Notes: generated from the sequence alone by a model not told the origin. 64,000 nucleotides of DNA from an uncultured Nitrospiraceae bacterium (GCA_937138415.1 CAKZPA010000036.1:42042-106041); one strand, 5' to 3'. Positions 34,954-46,460 are shown, counted from the first letter of the stretch. Program-made: numbers and translations.

Positions 34954-36033
34954 TTACGGCAGGAGGCTCTTCAGTAACTCTTCTTCGATCGAATCGGCGA
35001 GAGTCGTGCCGTTTCGCTTCTCGCGGTACAGTTCGAGCAATCGTGCCGCGTACCTTTCGGCCCTCTCGCGTCCTTCGATCCGCGCCCGTTCGATGCACTC
35101 CCAGTCTCCCGTTTCGATGAAGACACGGAATGCGGAAGTGATCTCGGGGAAGAGCACTTTCCTGATCCCTCCGAGAAACACCACGTAAAAACCGAGGGAG
35201 CCTTCCTTGCGATGGTCGATAATGTGCCTGAGCATGCCCTCTTCGGTCGTATCCGCAAGAACGTCTTTCACGCCACGTGCGAAAAGGCCCGTCCTTCCGT
35301 CCGAGAGTTCGGCGAGGAGATCTTTCCATTCGCGCCCGAGCCGCACGTTCTCGGCGGCCTCTCCCAACTCGTGGAAAACGAACGTCTCGGCCTCCGCTTC
35401 GGCAACCGCGCGCATCCGTTCGTAGGTCACCTCGGAAGGTGCGTCATCCGGGGATATGCCGTACCGGGCGAACGCACAGCGGAGCGCGTCCTTCGCCGCG
35501 TTGCACCGCAATTCTTCGAACCGTTGCCAGAGCAGGAGGCGGATCATGTCCGCCCGCACGATGATCGTTTTGCTCTGGAGCATGGCCGGGTTCTCCGAAA
35601 GATCGCGCGCGTATTCCCGCCCGGCGATGTAAATCCGGAATCCATTGACCGTCCGTGACGACTGGATATCCGCGAGGAAAAACACGGGCTTCATGTGGAG
35701 CCCGTACCCGGCTCCGTAGAGCAACCCTTCCGACCCGAGGAGGTCGTTGATGGATTCGGCCGAAAAAGGGCCGAAGCGCGCGTTCCCGATCGCAATCTCT
35801 TCGTACTCCTTGTCCTCCAGCTCCCGCCAGAGATTCTCCCGCTCGGTGATCCAGGCGCCGACACCATCGCTCTGGATTTTTTCATAGGGCCGAATGCCGT
35901 TTTCGATCCGGTAGAGTTCGCGAAGCCTGAGGAGCATCCCGCAGAGGGAATAGTACCCCCAGAACTTCGCGTCCGAAATATTGCAGTTTCGTTTTACCTG
36001 AGCCGCGAGATTCGCGATATCGGACGCGTCCAT
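34954..36033 (-). CDS. Conserved hypothetical protein (no recognisable catalytic motif)
   Basis: 359-aa ORF with normal codon bias and no TM or signal peptide. MDASDIANLAAQVKRNCNISDAKFWGYYSLCGMLLRLRELY... Confidence 0.6.
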   Translation of the reverse strand: MDASDIANLAAQVKRNCNISDAKFWGYYSLCGMLLRLRELYRIENGIRPYEKIQSDGVGAWITERENLWRELEDKEYEEIAIGNARFGPFSAESINDLLGSEGLLYGAGYGLHMKPVFFLADIQSSRTVNGFRIYIAGREYARDLSENPAMLQSKTIIVRADMIRLLLWQRFEELRCNAAKDALRCAFARYGISPDDAPSEVTYERMRAVAEAEAETFVFHELGEAAENVRLGREWKDLLAELSDGRTGLFARGVKDVLADTTEEGMLRHIIDHRKEGSLGFYVVFLGGIRKVLFPEITSAFRVFIETGDWECIERARIEGRERAERYAARLLELYREKRNGTTLADSIEEELLKSLLP

Positions 36034-36223
36034 ACTGATAGTATTCTATCAAATAGCGCGCGCCATTGATTCGACGTCGGTTGCCGGTGCCGGTGGCATG
36101 AACTGATGTGCGCGCCGGCGGCCGACCGGACGCACCATGTCAGGACGGTACGCCTGGGAAGACCGAGACGCCCCGTCTGCTCCCTTGTCTCGGTGAGACG
36201 CTGGCGGTCATAATATCTCCGTT

Positions 36224-37012
36224 GTGAGAACGATCAAGCTGCTCCTCGAGTACGATGGGTCGGCTTACCACGGCTGGCAGATCCAGAAAGATGCGCGCAC
36301 GATACAGGGCCTCCTCGAGGAACGCGTTTCGCGGCTCGCCGGCGAGCGAACCGCCGTGATCGGCGCGAGCAGAACCGACGCGGGCGTTCACGCGTTCGGG
36401 CAGGTCGCCGCATTCAGAACGAGGTCCTCCCTCGACTGCGAAACGATCAAAAGGGCGCTGAACGCCACGATGCCGCGCGACGTGCGAGTCCTCTCGGCGG
36501 AAGAGGTTCACGCCCAATTCCACCCACGGAACGACGCGATCAGGAAACGCTACGTGTACGTCCTCGCGCCCCGGGGGACGACGTCGGCGTTTCTCTTCAA
36601 GTACGCGTGGGAAGTCCCGCACAAGCTCGACTTAGGCTCCATGGAGAGCGCCGCGCTCGCGCTCGGAGGAGAGCATGATTTTTCGGCATTCATGGCAGCC
36701 GGAGGCAACGTGAAGGATCCCGTGAGAACGATCTTCCTCCTTCGCCTCGCGCACACTGAACAGATGACCTTCATGGGAACTCGCCTCCCGGGAACGTTCA
36801 TTACCGTCCACGTGGAAGCGAACGGTTTCCTCAGGCACATGGTGAGGAATATCGTGGGAACGCTCGTCGAAATCGGGCGAGGGAAGATACCGCCCGAACG
36901 AATGCGCCCGATCCTGCTGTCGCGCGACAGGAGCGAGGCCGGACCGACCGCCCCGCCGCACGGTCTTTTTCTCGAGCGGATCGATTACGCGGGCGGATCA
37001 CCGCCCGAATAA
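36224..37012 (+). CDS. truA: tRNA pseudouridine(38-40) synthase
   Basis: LLLEYDGSAYHGWQIQ and GASRTDAGVHA (catalytic Asp). Confidence 0.9.
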   Translation: MRTIKLLLEYDGSAYHGWQIQKDARTIQGLLEERVSRLAGERTAVIGASRTDAGVHAFGQVAAFRTRSSLDCETIKRALNATMPRDVRVLSAEEVHAQFHPRNDAIRKRYVYVLAPRGTTSAFLFKYAWEVPHKLDLGSMESAALALGGEHDFSAFMAAGGNVKDPVRTIFLLRLAHTEQMTFMGTRLPGTFITVHVEANGFLRHMVRNIVGTLVEIGRGKIPPERMRPILLSRDRSEAGPTAPPHGLFLERIDYAGGSPPE

Positions 37013-37570
37013 GCGCGCCCACCCATCGAACCTCTCCACTTTATCCGGGCCGTACCGCATGATTTCCTGTCTCACCCGCTCGAGGGGCTTTTCCCGCGAG
37101 AGGAAGTGACCGTCCTTCGAAAAGAACTTGTCGGCATAGCAGATGATCTTCTCCTCGATCGACACGGGGACCATATCGCGCATGGGGAGTGGCAGATTCT
37201 TCGCCTCGATCTCTTCGGCGCTGATGCCGACCCCCACGTGCCGCTCACAGACGAGTGCGTGCGCCCAGAGCCCCTCGCGCTCGAGGAGTTCCCGGCCGAG
37301 GTATCCGTGACAGATGTATGGTTTGTCGCCGAAACACGCGATGCGCGGCTCGTTCGTGAAGAGGATGCCGATGTCGTGGAGCATCGCGGCATCGCGGACG
37401 AAGTCCGTATCCGGGTGAAAACCGCGCAGCCGCTCCGCGATCCGGACCGCTTTGTCCGCGACCCTCTCGCTGTGTTCGATCAGGATGCAATACGCGGGCG
37501 ATTCCCGCGGGTAGTATTTCTCGATGATATGGCGCGGGTTCATGCGCATCCCTCGGTTCAGATTATTCAT
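36998..37570 (-). CDS. HD-domain phosphohydrolase
   Basis: HSERVADKAV...AAMLHDIG (H...HD). Start uncertain, with ATGs at 37570, 37549 and 37543. Confidence 0.7.
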   Translation of the reverse strand: MNNLNRGMRMNPRHIIEKYYPRESPAYCILIEHSERVADKAVRIAERLRGFHPDTDFVRDAAMLHDIGILFTNEPRIACFGDKPYICHGYLGRELLEREGLWAHALVCERHVGVGISAEEIEAKNLPLPMRDMVPVSIEEKIICYADKFFSKDGHFLSREKPLERVRQEIMRYGPDKVERFDGWARLFGR

Positions 37571-37746
37571 ACCACACTTCCGCCCTCTTAGGACAGGTCT
37601 TTCACCTGCCTTCCCCGTCACCGGCCCCGGCGGATCGGCCGGACCGGGGCACCATCCGAAGTCTCGAGGTGCATTCCCGCGCAGACGCCACCGGTCATGT
37701 ACACGAAGACCGGGGACCAGACCTTATTATATATCGTAGCAGTAGT

Positions 37747-37776
37747 CTTGACAAAAAGTTACTCAAGAGTTATGAT
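37747..37776 (+). promoter_or_regulatory. dnaJ promoter with overlapping HAIR-type (HspR) operator
   Basis: TTGACA (37748-37753), 17 nt, TATGAT (37771-37776). CTTGACA-N7-ACTCAAG (37747-37767) compares with the HAIR consensus CTTGAGT-N7-ACTCAAG. Confidence 0.6.
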
Positions 37777-37794
37777 GAACTTCATTGGAGGAAC

Positions 37795-38887
37795 GATGGC
37801 GGGAGAAGAGAAAGATTACTACAAGATTCTCGGGGTCACGAAAGACACGCCTCCCGAGGAGATCAAGAAGGCGTACCGGAAGCTCGCGCGGAAATACCAC
37901 CCGGACCTCAACCCGGGCGACAAGGTCGCCGAACAGAAATTCAAGGAGATCAACGAGGCGTACGAGGTACTCGGGGATCCGAAGAAGAAAGCCGAATACG
38001 ACCGCTTCGGGAGCGCGCAGTTCCGGACCGGAGGGCCCGGCTTCGAAGGCTTCAGGACGCACGATTTCGGAGAGGGGTTCGAGTTCGGCGGCTTCGGCGA
38101 CATCTTTGCGGACCTCTTCGGCGCAAAGGCGAGGCCGGATATGTACGCGGCGAGGGGCGCCGACATGGTCACCGGCATCGAGCTGTCCCTCGAAGAGGCG
38201 TTTTCTGGTGTCACGAAGACCATCACCTTTAATCGGGAAGTCACCTGTCCGTCCTGCAACGGCTCCGGCGCGGAATCATCGCAGGCCTGCAGCGCGTGTA
38301 AAGGGAGCGGCGCGGTGAAAACCGCGAAAGGGTTTTTCAGCCTTTCACAGCCCTGCAAGGAGTGCGGAGGAACGGGGAAGAAAGTGACGAAAGTCTGCCC
38401 GGCGTGTGGCGGAAGCGGAAAAACGGCAAGGACCGAAACGCTCAGGGTGAAAATACCCGCCGGCGCCGATACCGGTTCGAGGGTCAAACTGAAAGGGATG
38501 GGAGGCGCCGGCACCGGAGGCGGACCACCGGGCGATCTTTACATCGACATCACGGTGAAACCGCACCCCGTCTTCACGCGGAAGGGAAACGACGTGTACG
38601 TCGATCTGCCGCTGACGTTCGGCGAAGCGACGCTCGGCGCGAAGGTCGAGGTGCCGACCATCGACGGTGTCGCGGCCATGACGATCCCCCCGGGGACGCA
38701 GGGAGGTCAGCGCTTCAAGCTGAAGGGCAAAGGATTTCCCTCGCCGAAGACGGGGGGCCGGGGAGACCAGTACGTCGTCATCAAAATCGCGGTACCGAGG
38801 AATCTCGACGCCGACGGGAAGGCAAAGGTAAGAGACATTGACGCACTGTACAAAGAATCCCCGAGGGAAAGGTTGATGCACACATGA
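37795..38887 (+). CDS. dnaJ: Molecular chaperone DnaJ (type I)
   Basis: DYYKILGV...YHPDLNPGD, a G/F region, and four CxxCxGxG repeats (CPSCNGSG, CSACKGSG, CKECGGTG, CPACGGSG). ATG at 37795 follows GGAGGA. Confidence 0.95.
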
Positions 38888-39234
38888 GGGAAGCGAGGGA
38901 CAGAAAACAACCGCTCTTCATGATCAGCGTCGTCGCGAAGATGCTCAATGTCCATCCACAGACCCTGCGGCTCTACGAACGTGAGGGCCTGATCACCCCC
39001 CAGAGGATAAATCGAACGCGGCTCTACTCGATGGAGGACGTCGAGAAGCTGGCGATGATCTTGCGGCTGACGCGGGAGCTTGGGGTCAACAGGTCCGGCG
39101 TCGAGATCATCCTCCGGCTCAGGAATCGGCTCGAGGCGTTCCAACGGGAAACCGAAGAGATGATGCGCTTTCTCGAAGAGGACGTCCGCAAGATGTTCGT
39201 CAAGAAACTGCGGAACATTTTCTCCGAGGACTGA
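38884..39234 (+). CDS. hspR: MerR-family heat-shock repressor HspR
   Basis: [28 protein letters not shown]...[15 protein letters not shown] overlap with the dnaJ stop; a HAIR operator lies upstream. Confidence 0.8.
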   Translation: MREARDRKQPLFMISVVAKMLNVHPQTLRLYEREGLITPQRINRTRLYSMEDVEKLAMILRLTRELGVNRSGVEIILRLRNRLEAFQRETEEMMRFLEEDVRKMFVKKLRNIFSED

Positions 39235-39293
39235 GCCACCCGCCGCGGAACGAACAAGACGCGAAAGCGAAGACAAGGAGGTCATAGGAACAT

Positions 39294-41930
39294 ATGGACA
39301 AATTCACGATAAAAAGCCAGGAGGCACTGCAGGAGGCGCAGAGGCTCGCCGAGCGAAAGGGGAACCAGCAGCTCGACGCGGAACACCTGCTCTGGGCGCT
39401 CCTCGAAGACGAGGAGGGGGTCGCTTGCCAGATTCTGAAGCGTCTCGGGATAAAGACGCGAGAGCTGCAGAAGGACGTCGAAGAAGCGATCGAGAAATAC
39501 CCGAAGGTGATCGGTGCGACCCCGCTGGGCCAGATGTACGTTTCGCCTCGTCTGAAGGAAGTGCTCGAAAACGCGCACGCACAGGCGGAGCACCTCAAAG
39601 ACGAATACGTGAGCGTCGAACACTTGCTGCTCGCGCTCATGTCAATCGGCGGCCCTTGCACGGATCTCCTGAAGCGGTACGGCACATCGGCGGACGGAAT
39701 CCTGTCCGCCATGAGGGAGATACGGGGGGCGCAGCGCGTCACCGATCCGAACCCCGAAGACAAGTACCAGGCACTCACGCGATTCGGTCGCGATCTCACC
39801 GAACTCGCGCGGCGGGGCAAACTCGACCCCGTGATCGGCCGGGATGACGAGATACGACGCATCATCCAGGTTCTCTCGCGGAGAACCAAGAACAACCCCG
39901 TCCTCATCGGCGAACCGGGCGTCGGCAAAACGGCCATCGCTGAGGGATTGGCACAGCGAATCGTCGCGGGGGACGTCCCGGAAACGTTGAAGGAAAAAAA
40001 GGTCGTCGCGCTCGACATGGGCGCGATCGTCGCGGGCACGAAATTCAGAGGCGAGTTCGAAGAGCGGCTAAAGGCCGTGCTGAAGGAGATCGAACAGTCC
40101 GAGGGGAAGATCATCCTCTTCATCGACGAACTCCATACGCTCGTCGGGGCTGGCGCCGCCGAAGGGGCGATCGACGCCTCCAACATGCTCAAGCCCGCTC
40201 TCGCGCGGGGCGATCTGCGGTGCGTCGGCGCGACGACGATCGATGAATACAGGAAACACATCGAGAAAGACCCTGCCCTCGAGAGGAGGTTCCAGCCCAT
40301 CCTCATCAGAGAGCCGAGCGTCGAGGACACGATTTCCATCCTTCGCGGACTGAAGGAGCGTTACGAGGTGCACCACGGCGTCAAAATAAAGGACTCGGCG
40401 CTCATCGCGGCCGCCGTGCTCTCGAACCGGTACATCACGGATCGCTTTCTCCCGGATAAAGCGATCGACCTCATCGACGAGGCCGCGTCGAAACTGAGGA
40501 TGGAGATCGACAGCATGCCGATCGAACTCGACGAGATCGAGCGGAAACTGCGGCAACTCGAGATAGAGCGGCAGGCGGTCATGAAAGACGACGCGAAGGA
40601 AGCGGCGGAGAGGCTCGAGAAGATCTCGAGGGAGAGCGCCGAACTTCAGGAGAGGCGGGATGAACTGCGCGCGCAATGGCTGAGCGAGAAGGAGATCATC
40701 GCGCGGATCCGCGACTGCAAGGAACAGATCGAGAAGACGAAGAGGGAATCGGAGAGAGCCGAGCGGGAGGGCGATCTGACGAAGGCGGCCGAGCTGAAAT
40801 ACGGAAAGCTGCTCGAACTGCAGAGATCGCTCGAGGCGGAGAACGTGAAACTGCGGGAAGCGCAGCGGAAGAGGAAGATGCTCAAGGAAGAAGTGGACGA
40901 AGAGGACATCGCCATCGTCGTCTCGAAATGGACGGGCATTCCCGTGAGTCGCATGTTGGAAGGCGAGGTGCAGAAGCTCCTCCGCATGGACGAACGGCTC
41001 AAGGAGCGCGTCGTCGGACAGGACGAAGCGATCGAGGCGGTCTCGAACGCGATACGGAGGGCTCGCGCGGGTATTCAGGACCCGAACAGACCGATCGGTT
41101 CCTTCATCTTTCTCGGACCGACCGGCGTCGGGAAGACGGAACTCGCGAAGGCGCTCGCCGAGTTCCTCTTCGATGACGAGAATGCGCTCGTCCGGATCGA
41201 CATGTCCGAGTACCAGGAACGTCACACCGTCTCCCGGCTCATCGGCGCGCCGCCGGGGTACGTCGGGTACGAAGAGGGAGGGCAACTGACCGAGGCCGTC
41301 CGGAGGAAACCCTATACGGTCATCCTCTTCGACGAAGTCGAGAAAGCCCATCCCGAGGTCTTCAATCTCCTGCTGCAGCTCCTCGATGACGGTCGGTTGA
41401 CCGACAGCCACGGGAGAACGGTCGATTTCCGGAACACGGTCGTGATCATGACCTCGAACATCGGCAGCGTCCACATCCAGGAGATGCTCGAGGAGCGGGC
41501 GAGGAGACCGTCCGCGTACTGGGTTCCGGACAACGCCCAGTTAAAAGAGAAGATCATGGACGACCTGAAGGCATTCTTCCGGCCCGAATTCCTGAACAGG
41601 GTGGATGAAATTCTCGTCTTCAACCCGCTGACGAAGGATCTCCTCAAGCAGATCGTCGACATCCAGGTGATCAGGATGAAAAAGTACCTCGCGGAGAAGC
41701 GGATCGACCTCAAGCTCACCGACAGCGCAAAAGAGTATTTCGCCGATATCGGCTTCGATCCGATCTACGGGGCCCGCCCGCTCAAGAGGGCGCTCCAGCG
41801 CGAAATCCTCAATCTGCTCGCGCTGAAGATCCTCGAGAGGGCGTTCACGGAAGGGGACAGGCTCATCGTCGATTACGGAAAGGAGGGGCTCACCTTCGCG
41901 AAAGAAGTCGAGTCGCGCGTCGAAGCGTAA
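39294..41930 (+). CDS. clpB: ATP-dependent chaperone / disaggregase ClpB
   Basis: 878 aa with two AAA+ modules ([16 protein letters not shown]) and a long coiled-coil M domain. Confidence 0.97.
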   Translation: MDKFTIKSQEALQEAQRLAERKGNQQLDAEHLLWALLEDEEGVACQILKRLGIKTRELQKDVEEAIEKYPKVIGATPLGQMYVSPRLKEVLENAHAQAEHLKDEYVSVEHLLLALMSIGGPCTDLLKRYGTSADGILSAMREIRGAQRVTDPNPEDKYQALTRFGRDLTELARRGKLDPVIGRDDEIRRIIQVLSRRTKNNPVLIGEPGVGKTAIAEGLAQRIVAGDVPETLKEKKVVALDMGAIVAGTKFRGEFEERLKAVLKEIEQSEGKIILFIDELHTLVGAGAAEGAIDASNMLKPALARGDLRCVGATTIDEYRKHIEKDPALERRFQPILIREPSVEDTISILRGLKERYEVHHGVKIKDSALIAAAVLSNRYITDRFLPDKAIDLIDEAASKLRMEIDSMPIELDEIERKLRQLEIERQAVMKDDAKEAAERLEKISRESAELQERRDELRAQWLSEKEIIARIRDCKEQIEKTKRESERAEREGDLTKAAELKYGKLLELQRSLEAENVKLREAQRKRKMLKEEVDEEDIAIVVSKWTGIPVSRMLEGEVQKLLRMDERLKERVVGQDEAIEAVSNAIRRARAGIQDPNRPIGSFIFLGPTGVGKTELAKALAEFLFDDENALVRIDMSEYQERHTVSRLIGAPPGYVGYEEGGQLTEAVRRKPYTVILFDEVEKAHPEVFNLLLQLLDDGRLTDSHGRTVDFRNTVVIMTSNIGSVHIQEMLEERARRPSAYWVPDNAQLKEKIMDDLKAFFRPEFLNRVDEILVFNPLTKDLLKQIVDIQVIRMKKYLAEKRIDLKLTDSAKEYFADIGFDPIYGARPLKRALQREILNLLALKILERAFTEGDRLIVDYGKEGLTFAKEVESRVEA

Positions 41931-41938
41931 TCCGGTCG

Positions 41939-42907
41939 TTACCGGGGAACTTCGGGAACGCGGAGATGCGCGGACAATTTCTCGCGGAGCATCTCCTTCG
42001 CGGCGTCGAGCGGAGCCCTCACGAAATAGCCGGCGGCGTTCTTGTGGCCGCCGCCGCCGAAGCTCGCGGCGAGGGCCGCCACATTGAGGCCGCCTTTCGA
42101 CCGGAGGCTGACCTTCCAGTAGTCGTCGTCGATCTCTCGGAAGAAAGCGGAAACGAGAATCGTCCTCACGATGCGCGGGAAGCTCGAAAAATTTTCCGTG
42201 TCTTCGGGGCCAGCTCCCGTCGCACGGTACATCTCCCTCGTGACGAAGGTGAACGCGATGCCGTCCCTGATCTCGAGCGTTTGGAGCGCCATCCTCAAGA
42301 GATGGAAACGGGCTTCCGACCACGTCTCGTAGAGAGACGCGGATATCGCGGCGGGCTCGGCGCCGGCATCGGCGAGGCGAGCCGCGGTCCGTAACACCTC
42401 CGCGGAGGTATTCCCGAATCTGAACGTCCCCGTGTCGATTGCGATCGCCGTATAGAGGTTCGTCGCCATATCGCGCGTGACGGGGACGCCGAGCGCATCG
42501 ACGAGACTCAGGACCATCAGGCCGGTCGCCGCCACATGGGGCTCGATCCAGCGAATCCCGCCGAAGTCGGACTCCGTCTCATGATGGTCGATGACGGCGG
42601 AGAAACGGAACGCGATCCCCTCGATGCCGGCCCTTTCCGGGGTATTGCAGTCGAGGAGGAGGAGGTTGAACGAAGATGTCTCGATACCGTCGATCGAACG
42701 GATGATTCTCTCATGCCCAGGGAGGAATCGGTAGAACTCCGGCACCCCGTCGCGATCGAAGACGACCACTTTCTTCCCCAACGTCTCGAGAGCCGCCGCG
42801 AGCACGAGGGACGAACCGAGCGCGTCGCCCTCCGGATTCAGATGCGTCGCGATGAAGAAATTGTTCTGCGCGATGAGAAAAGCGAGGAGATCAGGCGGAA
42901 CCTTCAT
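41939..42907 (-). CDS. nrnA: DHH/DHHA1 phosphoesterase (NrnA-type oligoribonuclease / pAp phosphatase)
   Basis: HLNPEGDALGS, AVIDHHE, GGGHKNAAG. Confidence 0.8.
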   Translation of the reverse strand: MKVPPDLLAFLIAQNNFFIATHLNPEGDALGSSLVLAAALETLGKKVVVFDRDGVPEFYRFLPGHERIIRSIDGIETSSFNLLLLDCNTPERAGIEGIAFRFSAVIDHHETESDFGGIRWIEPHVAATGLMVLSLVDALGVPVTRDMATNLYTAIAIDTGTFRFGNTSAEVLRTAARLADAGAEPAAISASLYETWSEARFHLLRMALQTLEIRDGIAFTFVTREMYRATGAGPEDTENFSSFPRIVRTILVSAFFREIDDDYWKVSLRSKGGLNVAALAASFGGGGHKNAAGYFVRAPLDAAKEMLREKLSAHLRVPEVPR

Positions 42908-43250
42908 CTTTTTCCCTGATCTCCGAGAGGAGTTTCTCTATCCGATACCCGTACTCTATCGACGTGTCCAGTCGAAAATCGATACTCGGGATGAACTTCA
43001 TCTTCAGCCTTTTCGACAATTCGGTCCTGATGAAACTTTTCGCGGCATTGAGGATATCGAGGGTCGGCTGCCGTTCCTCCGCCTTCAGCACGCTGACGTA
43101 GACGACGGCGATCTTGATATCATCCGTGACGTCGACGCCGGTCACCGTCAGGAAGCCGATTCGCGGGTCCTTCAGTTTGAAAAATATGATATCCGAAATT
43201 TCCTCCCGAAGGAGGTCTCCGACACGCTGGGAACGCTTGTAGGGAAGCAT
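42891..43250 (-). CDS. rbfA: Ribosome-binding factor A
   Basis: 119 aa with RVGDLLREEISDII...LTVTGVDVTDDIKIAVVYVS; canonical position after infB. Confidence 0.85.
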   Translation of the reverse strand: MLPYKRSQRVGDLLREEISDIIFFKLKDPRIGFLTVTGVDVTDDIKIAVVYVSVLKAEERQPTLDILNAAKSFIRTELSKRLKMKFIPSIDFRLDTSIEYGYRIEKLLSEIREKDEGSA

Positions 43251-43305
43251 CGAAAACCGTTCTCCCTTTCTTCGAAAGAGACCGAGGGATCAGGAACGCG
43301 AGTCT

Positions 43306-45642
43306 TTACAGCTTGGCCGCGATCTTTTCGATGACATAATTTTCGAGGATATCGCCGATCTTGAGGTCGTTGAAATTCTCGATCATGATGCCGCACTCGT
43401 ATCCGGCCTGCACCTCTCGAACGTCATCCTTGAACCTCTTGAGCGAGCTGATCTTGCCGTCGTAAATGACGATGTTGTCTCTGATGACCCGCATGCCGTC
43501 GCTCGCGCGGCTTATGTACCCGTCGAGCACGTAACAACCCGCCACCGTGCCCACTCTCGATATCGGGAAGATCTGTCGCACTTCGGCACGGCCGAGCGCC
43601 TTCTCCTTCAGCGTCGGCTCCAGAAGACCTTCGAGCGCCTTCTTCACATCTTCTATTGCCTCGTAGATGACCGTATAAAGGCGGATATCCACGCCTTCCT
43701 TCTCGGCCAGTTGATTTGCCTTCAACTCGGGCCTCACGTTGAAACCGATGATGATCGCACTCGACGCGGTCGCGAGCATCACATCGGACTCGTTGATCCC
43801 GCCCACGGAGGAGTGGATGACCTTCACTTTCACCTGGGGATGCGCGATATGTTCGAGGGCGTCCTTCATCGCTTCGACAGAACCCTGGACATCTCCCTTT
43901 ATGATGATATTCAGTTCCCTGATCTCGCCTTCTTTGATCTTTGCGTAGAGGTCGTCGAGGGTCAGCTTCCTCGCCCGCGCTATCTCCGCGAGGCGTTCCT
44001 TCTGCTGTCTGAGGAGGGCAATCTGCCGCGCCCGCTTTTCGTCCTCGACGACGGTGAAAATGTCCCCCGACGAAGGGACATCAGCGAAACCGATCACCTC
44101 CACCGGAGTCGAAGCAATCGCCGAAGCGATTCTCCTCCCGCTGTCGTCGATGAGCGCCCTCACCTTCCCGGCGTGCGTTCCGGCGATGAAGGCATCGCCG
44201 ACCTTGAGCGTCCCCGACTGAACGAGGACGGTCGCGACCGGTCCCCTCCCCCTGTCGAGCTTCGCCTCGATGATCGTTCCGCGTGCGGGCCGGTCGGGAT
44301 TCGCCTTCAGCTCCATCACTTCCGCCTGGAGGAGGATCATTTCGAGCAGGTGTTCGATGCCGATGCGCTTCTTCGCGGAAACCTCCACAAAAATCGTTTG
44401 CCCGCCCCATTCTTCCGAGATGACTCCCATCTCCGCGAGCTCATTCTTCACCTTCGCCACATTCGCTTCCGGTTTGTCGATCTTGTTGATGGCGACCACG
44501 ATCGGCACGTTCGCCGCTTTCGCATGGTTGATGGCTTCGACGGTCTGCGGCATGACACCGTCATCGGCGGCGACGACGAGTACCACGATGTCGGTAACCT
44601 TCGCACCGCGCGCCCTCATCGACGTGAATGCCTCATGCCCCGGCGTGTCGAGGAAGACGATGTCCTTGCCGCTCAGGTTGACCTTATAAGCCCCTATGTG
44701 CTGCGTAATCCCGCCTGCTTCGCTCTCCGTGACCTTCGTCTCCCGGATGGCGTCGAGGAGGGATGTTTTCCCGTGATCCACATGTCCCATGATCGTGACG
44801 ACAGGGGCGCGCGGAACGAGTTTCGTGAGGTCCTCTGGCGTCTCCTCATCGATCGTGTCTTCTTCGATTTGGGCGAGCTCGAGCTTCACGCCGAACTGTT
44901 CGGCAATCAAGAGCGCGGCATCGGTGTCGACCGGCTGATTGATCGTCGGCATGTAGCCGAGTTCCATGAATTTTTTGATGACATCCGACAACTTCACGCT
45001 GATGAGTTCGGCGAATTCCTTGACGGTCGTTCCTTCCTGGAGTTTCAATGTCTTCTTCCGCGGTGCCACGACCGGCTGGAGCTGTGGCTTCTTTTCCTCG
45101 ACATGGAATGTCCTCGGCCTCCCCCCTAATCGCTTCTGTGGCCTCTGTTCTTGCCACCGTTTCGGCTCTATCTTCCTGATCGTCTGGAATGCCCGTTGCA
45201 TGCCCGGCTTCGCCTTGAATTTCTCGATCTTCTCCGTCTCGAGTTCTTTCTTGAAACGATCGGGTATTTTGAGTTCCTCCTCCTCAGCGGGGGTCAGGGC
45301 ACGGGGCGCCTCCGGCGTCCCTTCGTCGACTGCGGGTGCCTCGACCTCGGTTTCGGGCAAAGGAGCCACTCGTTCCGCCTCGCCTGCTTTCTCATCAGGA
45401 GGCGCGACCTCGCTGACCGACTCAGCGGCAACCGGTGGAGCCGTTTCGGCACGCGCCGTTTCCGGCTCGCCGATCGCACCCTCGGATGGGAAGAGAATTT
45501 CCTCTATTTTCCGGGCAATCTCACCGTCTATGCTCGACGAGTGGGTCTTCCCCTCTATCCCGAGTTTCGAAAGCTCAGCGAGAATGCTCTTGTTCGGGAC
45601 ATTCAGTTTCTTCGCAAGCTCGTAAATTCTTATTTTCTGCAT
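43306..45642 (-). CDS. infB: Translation initiation factor IF-2
   Basis: [20 protein letters not shown] and NKID G-domain motifs, with a charged N-terminal region. Confidence 0.97.
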   Translation of the reverse strand: MQKIRIYELAKKLNVPNKSILAELSKLGIEGKTHSSSIDGEIARKIEEILFPSEGAIGEPETARAETAPPVAAESVSEVAPPDEKAGEAERVAPLPETEVEAPAVDEGTPEAPRALTPAEEEELKIPDRFKKELETEKIEKFKAKPGMQRAFQTIRKIEPKRWQEQRPQKRLGGRPRTFHVEEKKPQLQPVVAPRKKTLKLQEGTTVKEFAELISVKLSDVIKKFMELGYMPTINQPVDTDAALLIAEQFGVKLELAQIEEDTIDEETPEDLTKLVPRAPVVTIMGHVDHGKTSLLDAIRETKVTESEAGGITQHIGAYKVNLSGKDIVFLDTPGHEAFTSMRARGAKVTDIVVLVVAADDGVMPQTVEAINHAKAANVPIVVAINKIDKPEANVAKVKNELAEMGVISEEWGGQTIFVEVSAKKRIGIEHLLEMILLQAEVMELKANPDRPARGTIIEAKLDRGRGPVATVLVQSGTLKVGDAFIAGTHAGKVRALIDDSGRRIASAIASTPVEVIGFADVPSSGDIFTVVEDEKRARQIALLRQQKERLAEIARARKLTLDDLYAKIKEGEIRELNIIIKGDVQGSVEAMKDALEHIAHPQVKVKVIHSSVGGINESDVMLATASSAIIIGFNVRPELKANQLAEKEGVDIRLYTVIYEAIEDVKKALEGLLEPTLKEKALGRAEVRQIFPISRVGTVAGCYVLDGYISRASDGMRVIRDNIVIYDGKISSLKRFKDDVREVQAGYECGIMIENFNDLKIGDILENYVIEKIAAKL

Positions 45643-45740
45643 TCTTTTTCTTTCCCGCTTGAACGGAACCGGGACTCAACCCCACGAGCGGCTCACGCCT
45701 GATCGCGGGAAATCACCACGCCCACGCTCCGTGTCATTGC

Positions 45741-45769
45741 TTGTCACAACGGTGTCTCCATGTTATCAT
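45741..45769 (+). promoter_or_regulatory. Sigma70-like promoter candidate for rpmB
   Basis: TTGTCA (45741-45746), 17 nt, TATCAT (45764-45769), about 40 nt upstream of the rpmB ATG. Confidence 0.4.
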
Positions 45770-45810
45770 ATTAAGCTTTCCCAATGCAATGACAGAGGAG
45801 GATCACGAGA

Positions 45811-45999
45811 ATGGCAGAGTGTGCGGTGTGCGGAAAAAAGAGAGTGATCGGCCACAATGTGAGCCACGCGAACAATAAAACGAAACGCATCATTGTGCCC
45901 AATCTGCAAAAAATGCGCGTGACGATGAACAACTACACGCGGAGACGCTACGTGTGCACGCGATGTCTCCGCTCGGGAGCAGTGAAAAAAGCGTTGTGA
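45811..45999 (+). CDS. rpmB: 50S ribosomal protein L28
   Basis: [23 protein letters not shown]...PNLQ; 62 aa. Confidence 0.9.
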   Translation: MAECAVCGKKRVIGHNVSHANNKTKRIIVPNLQKMRVTMNNYTRRRYVCTRCLRSGAVKKAL

Positions 46000-46460
46000 T
46001 GCAGAGAGCGGGCACCCTGCTGAAGGCTCTCGTCCGCGATCTCGGCCTGGAGGACGGGGTGAGGCTCGCTCAGCTGCAATCGGAGTGGCATTCCATTTTC
46101 CGAAAACCGCTTTCGGATCATATGTTCCCGTCTTTCCTTTCAGGGAATGAACTCATACTCTCGGTCGATTCGCCGGTCTGGATGCAGGAGTTGAAATACT
46201 ACGTCGCCGACATCGTAAAAACGCTCGCTCCCTACCGTATCGAGAAAGTCCGCTTTAAACTTGGCCGCGTGCGGAACCGTCCCTCGCAGGGGGCGGGGAA
46301 GATCGAAACGCCGGTCGCGAACCTGTCACCGCAGGAACGGACGTTCATCGAGGAGACCGTCGCCCGGGTTCAGGACGAATCTCTGAAAACGACCGTCGCG
46401 AAGGCGATGGAGAAGGCATTGAAGAGGAGAAAATCCGTCTCCCCGCGCCGCGTCGTGTAA
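45999..46460 (+). CDS. DUF721 / DciA-like protein
   Basis: ATG at 45999 overlaps the rpmB TGA (TGATG). LKALVRDLGLEDGVRLAQLQSEWHSIF...NELILSVDSPVWMQELKY is typical of DUF721. Confidence 0.65.
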   Translation: MQRAGTLLKALVRDLGLEDGVRLAQLQSEWHSIFRKPLSDHMFPSFLSGNELILSVDSPVWMQELKYYVADIVKTLAPYRIEKVRFKLGRVRNRPSQGAGKIETPVANLSPQERTFIEETVARVQDESLKTTVAKAMEKALKRRKSVSPRRVV

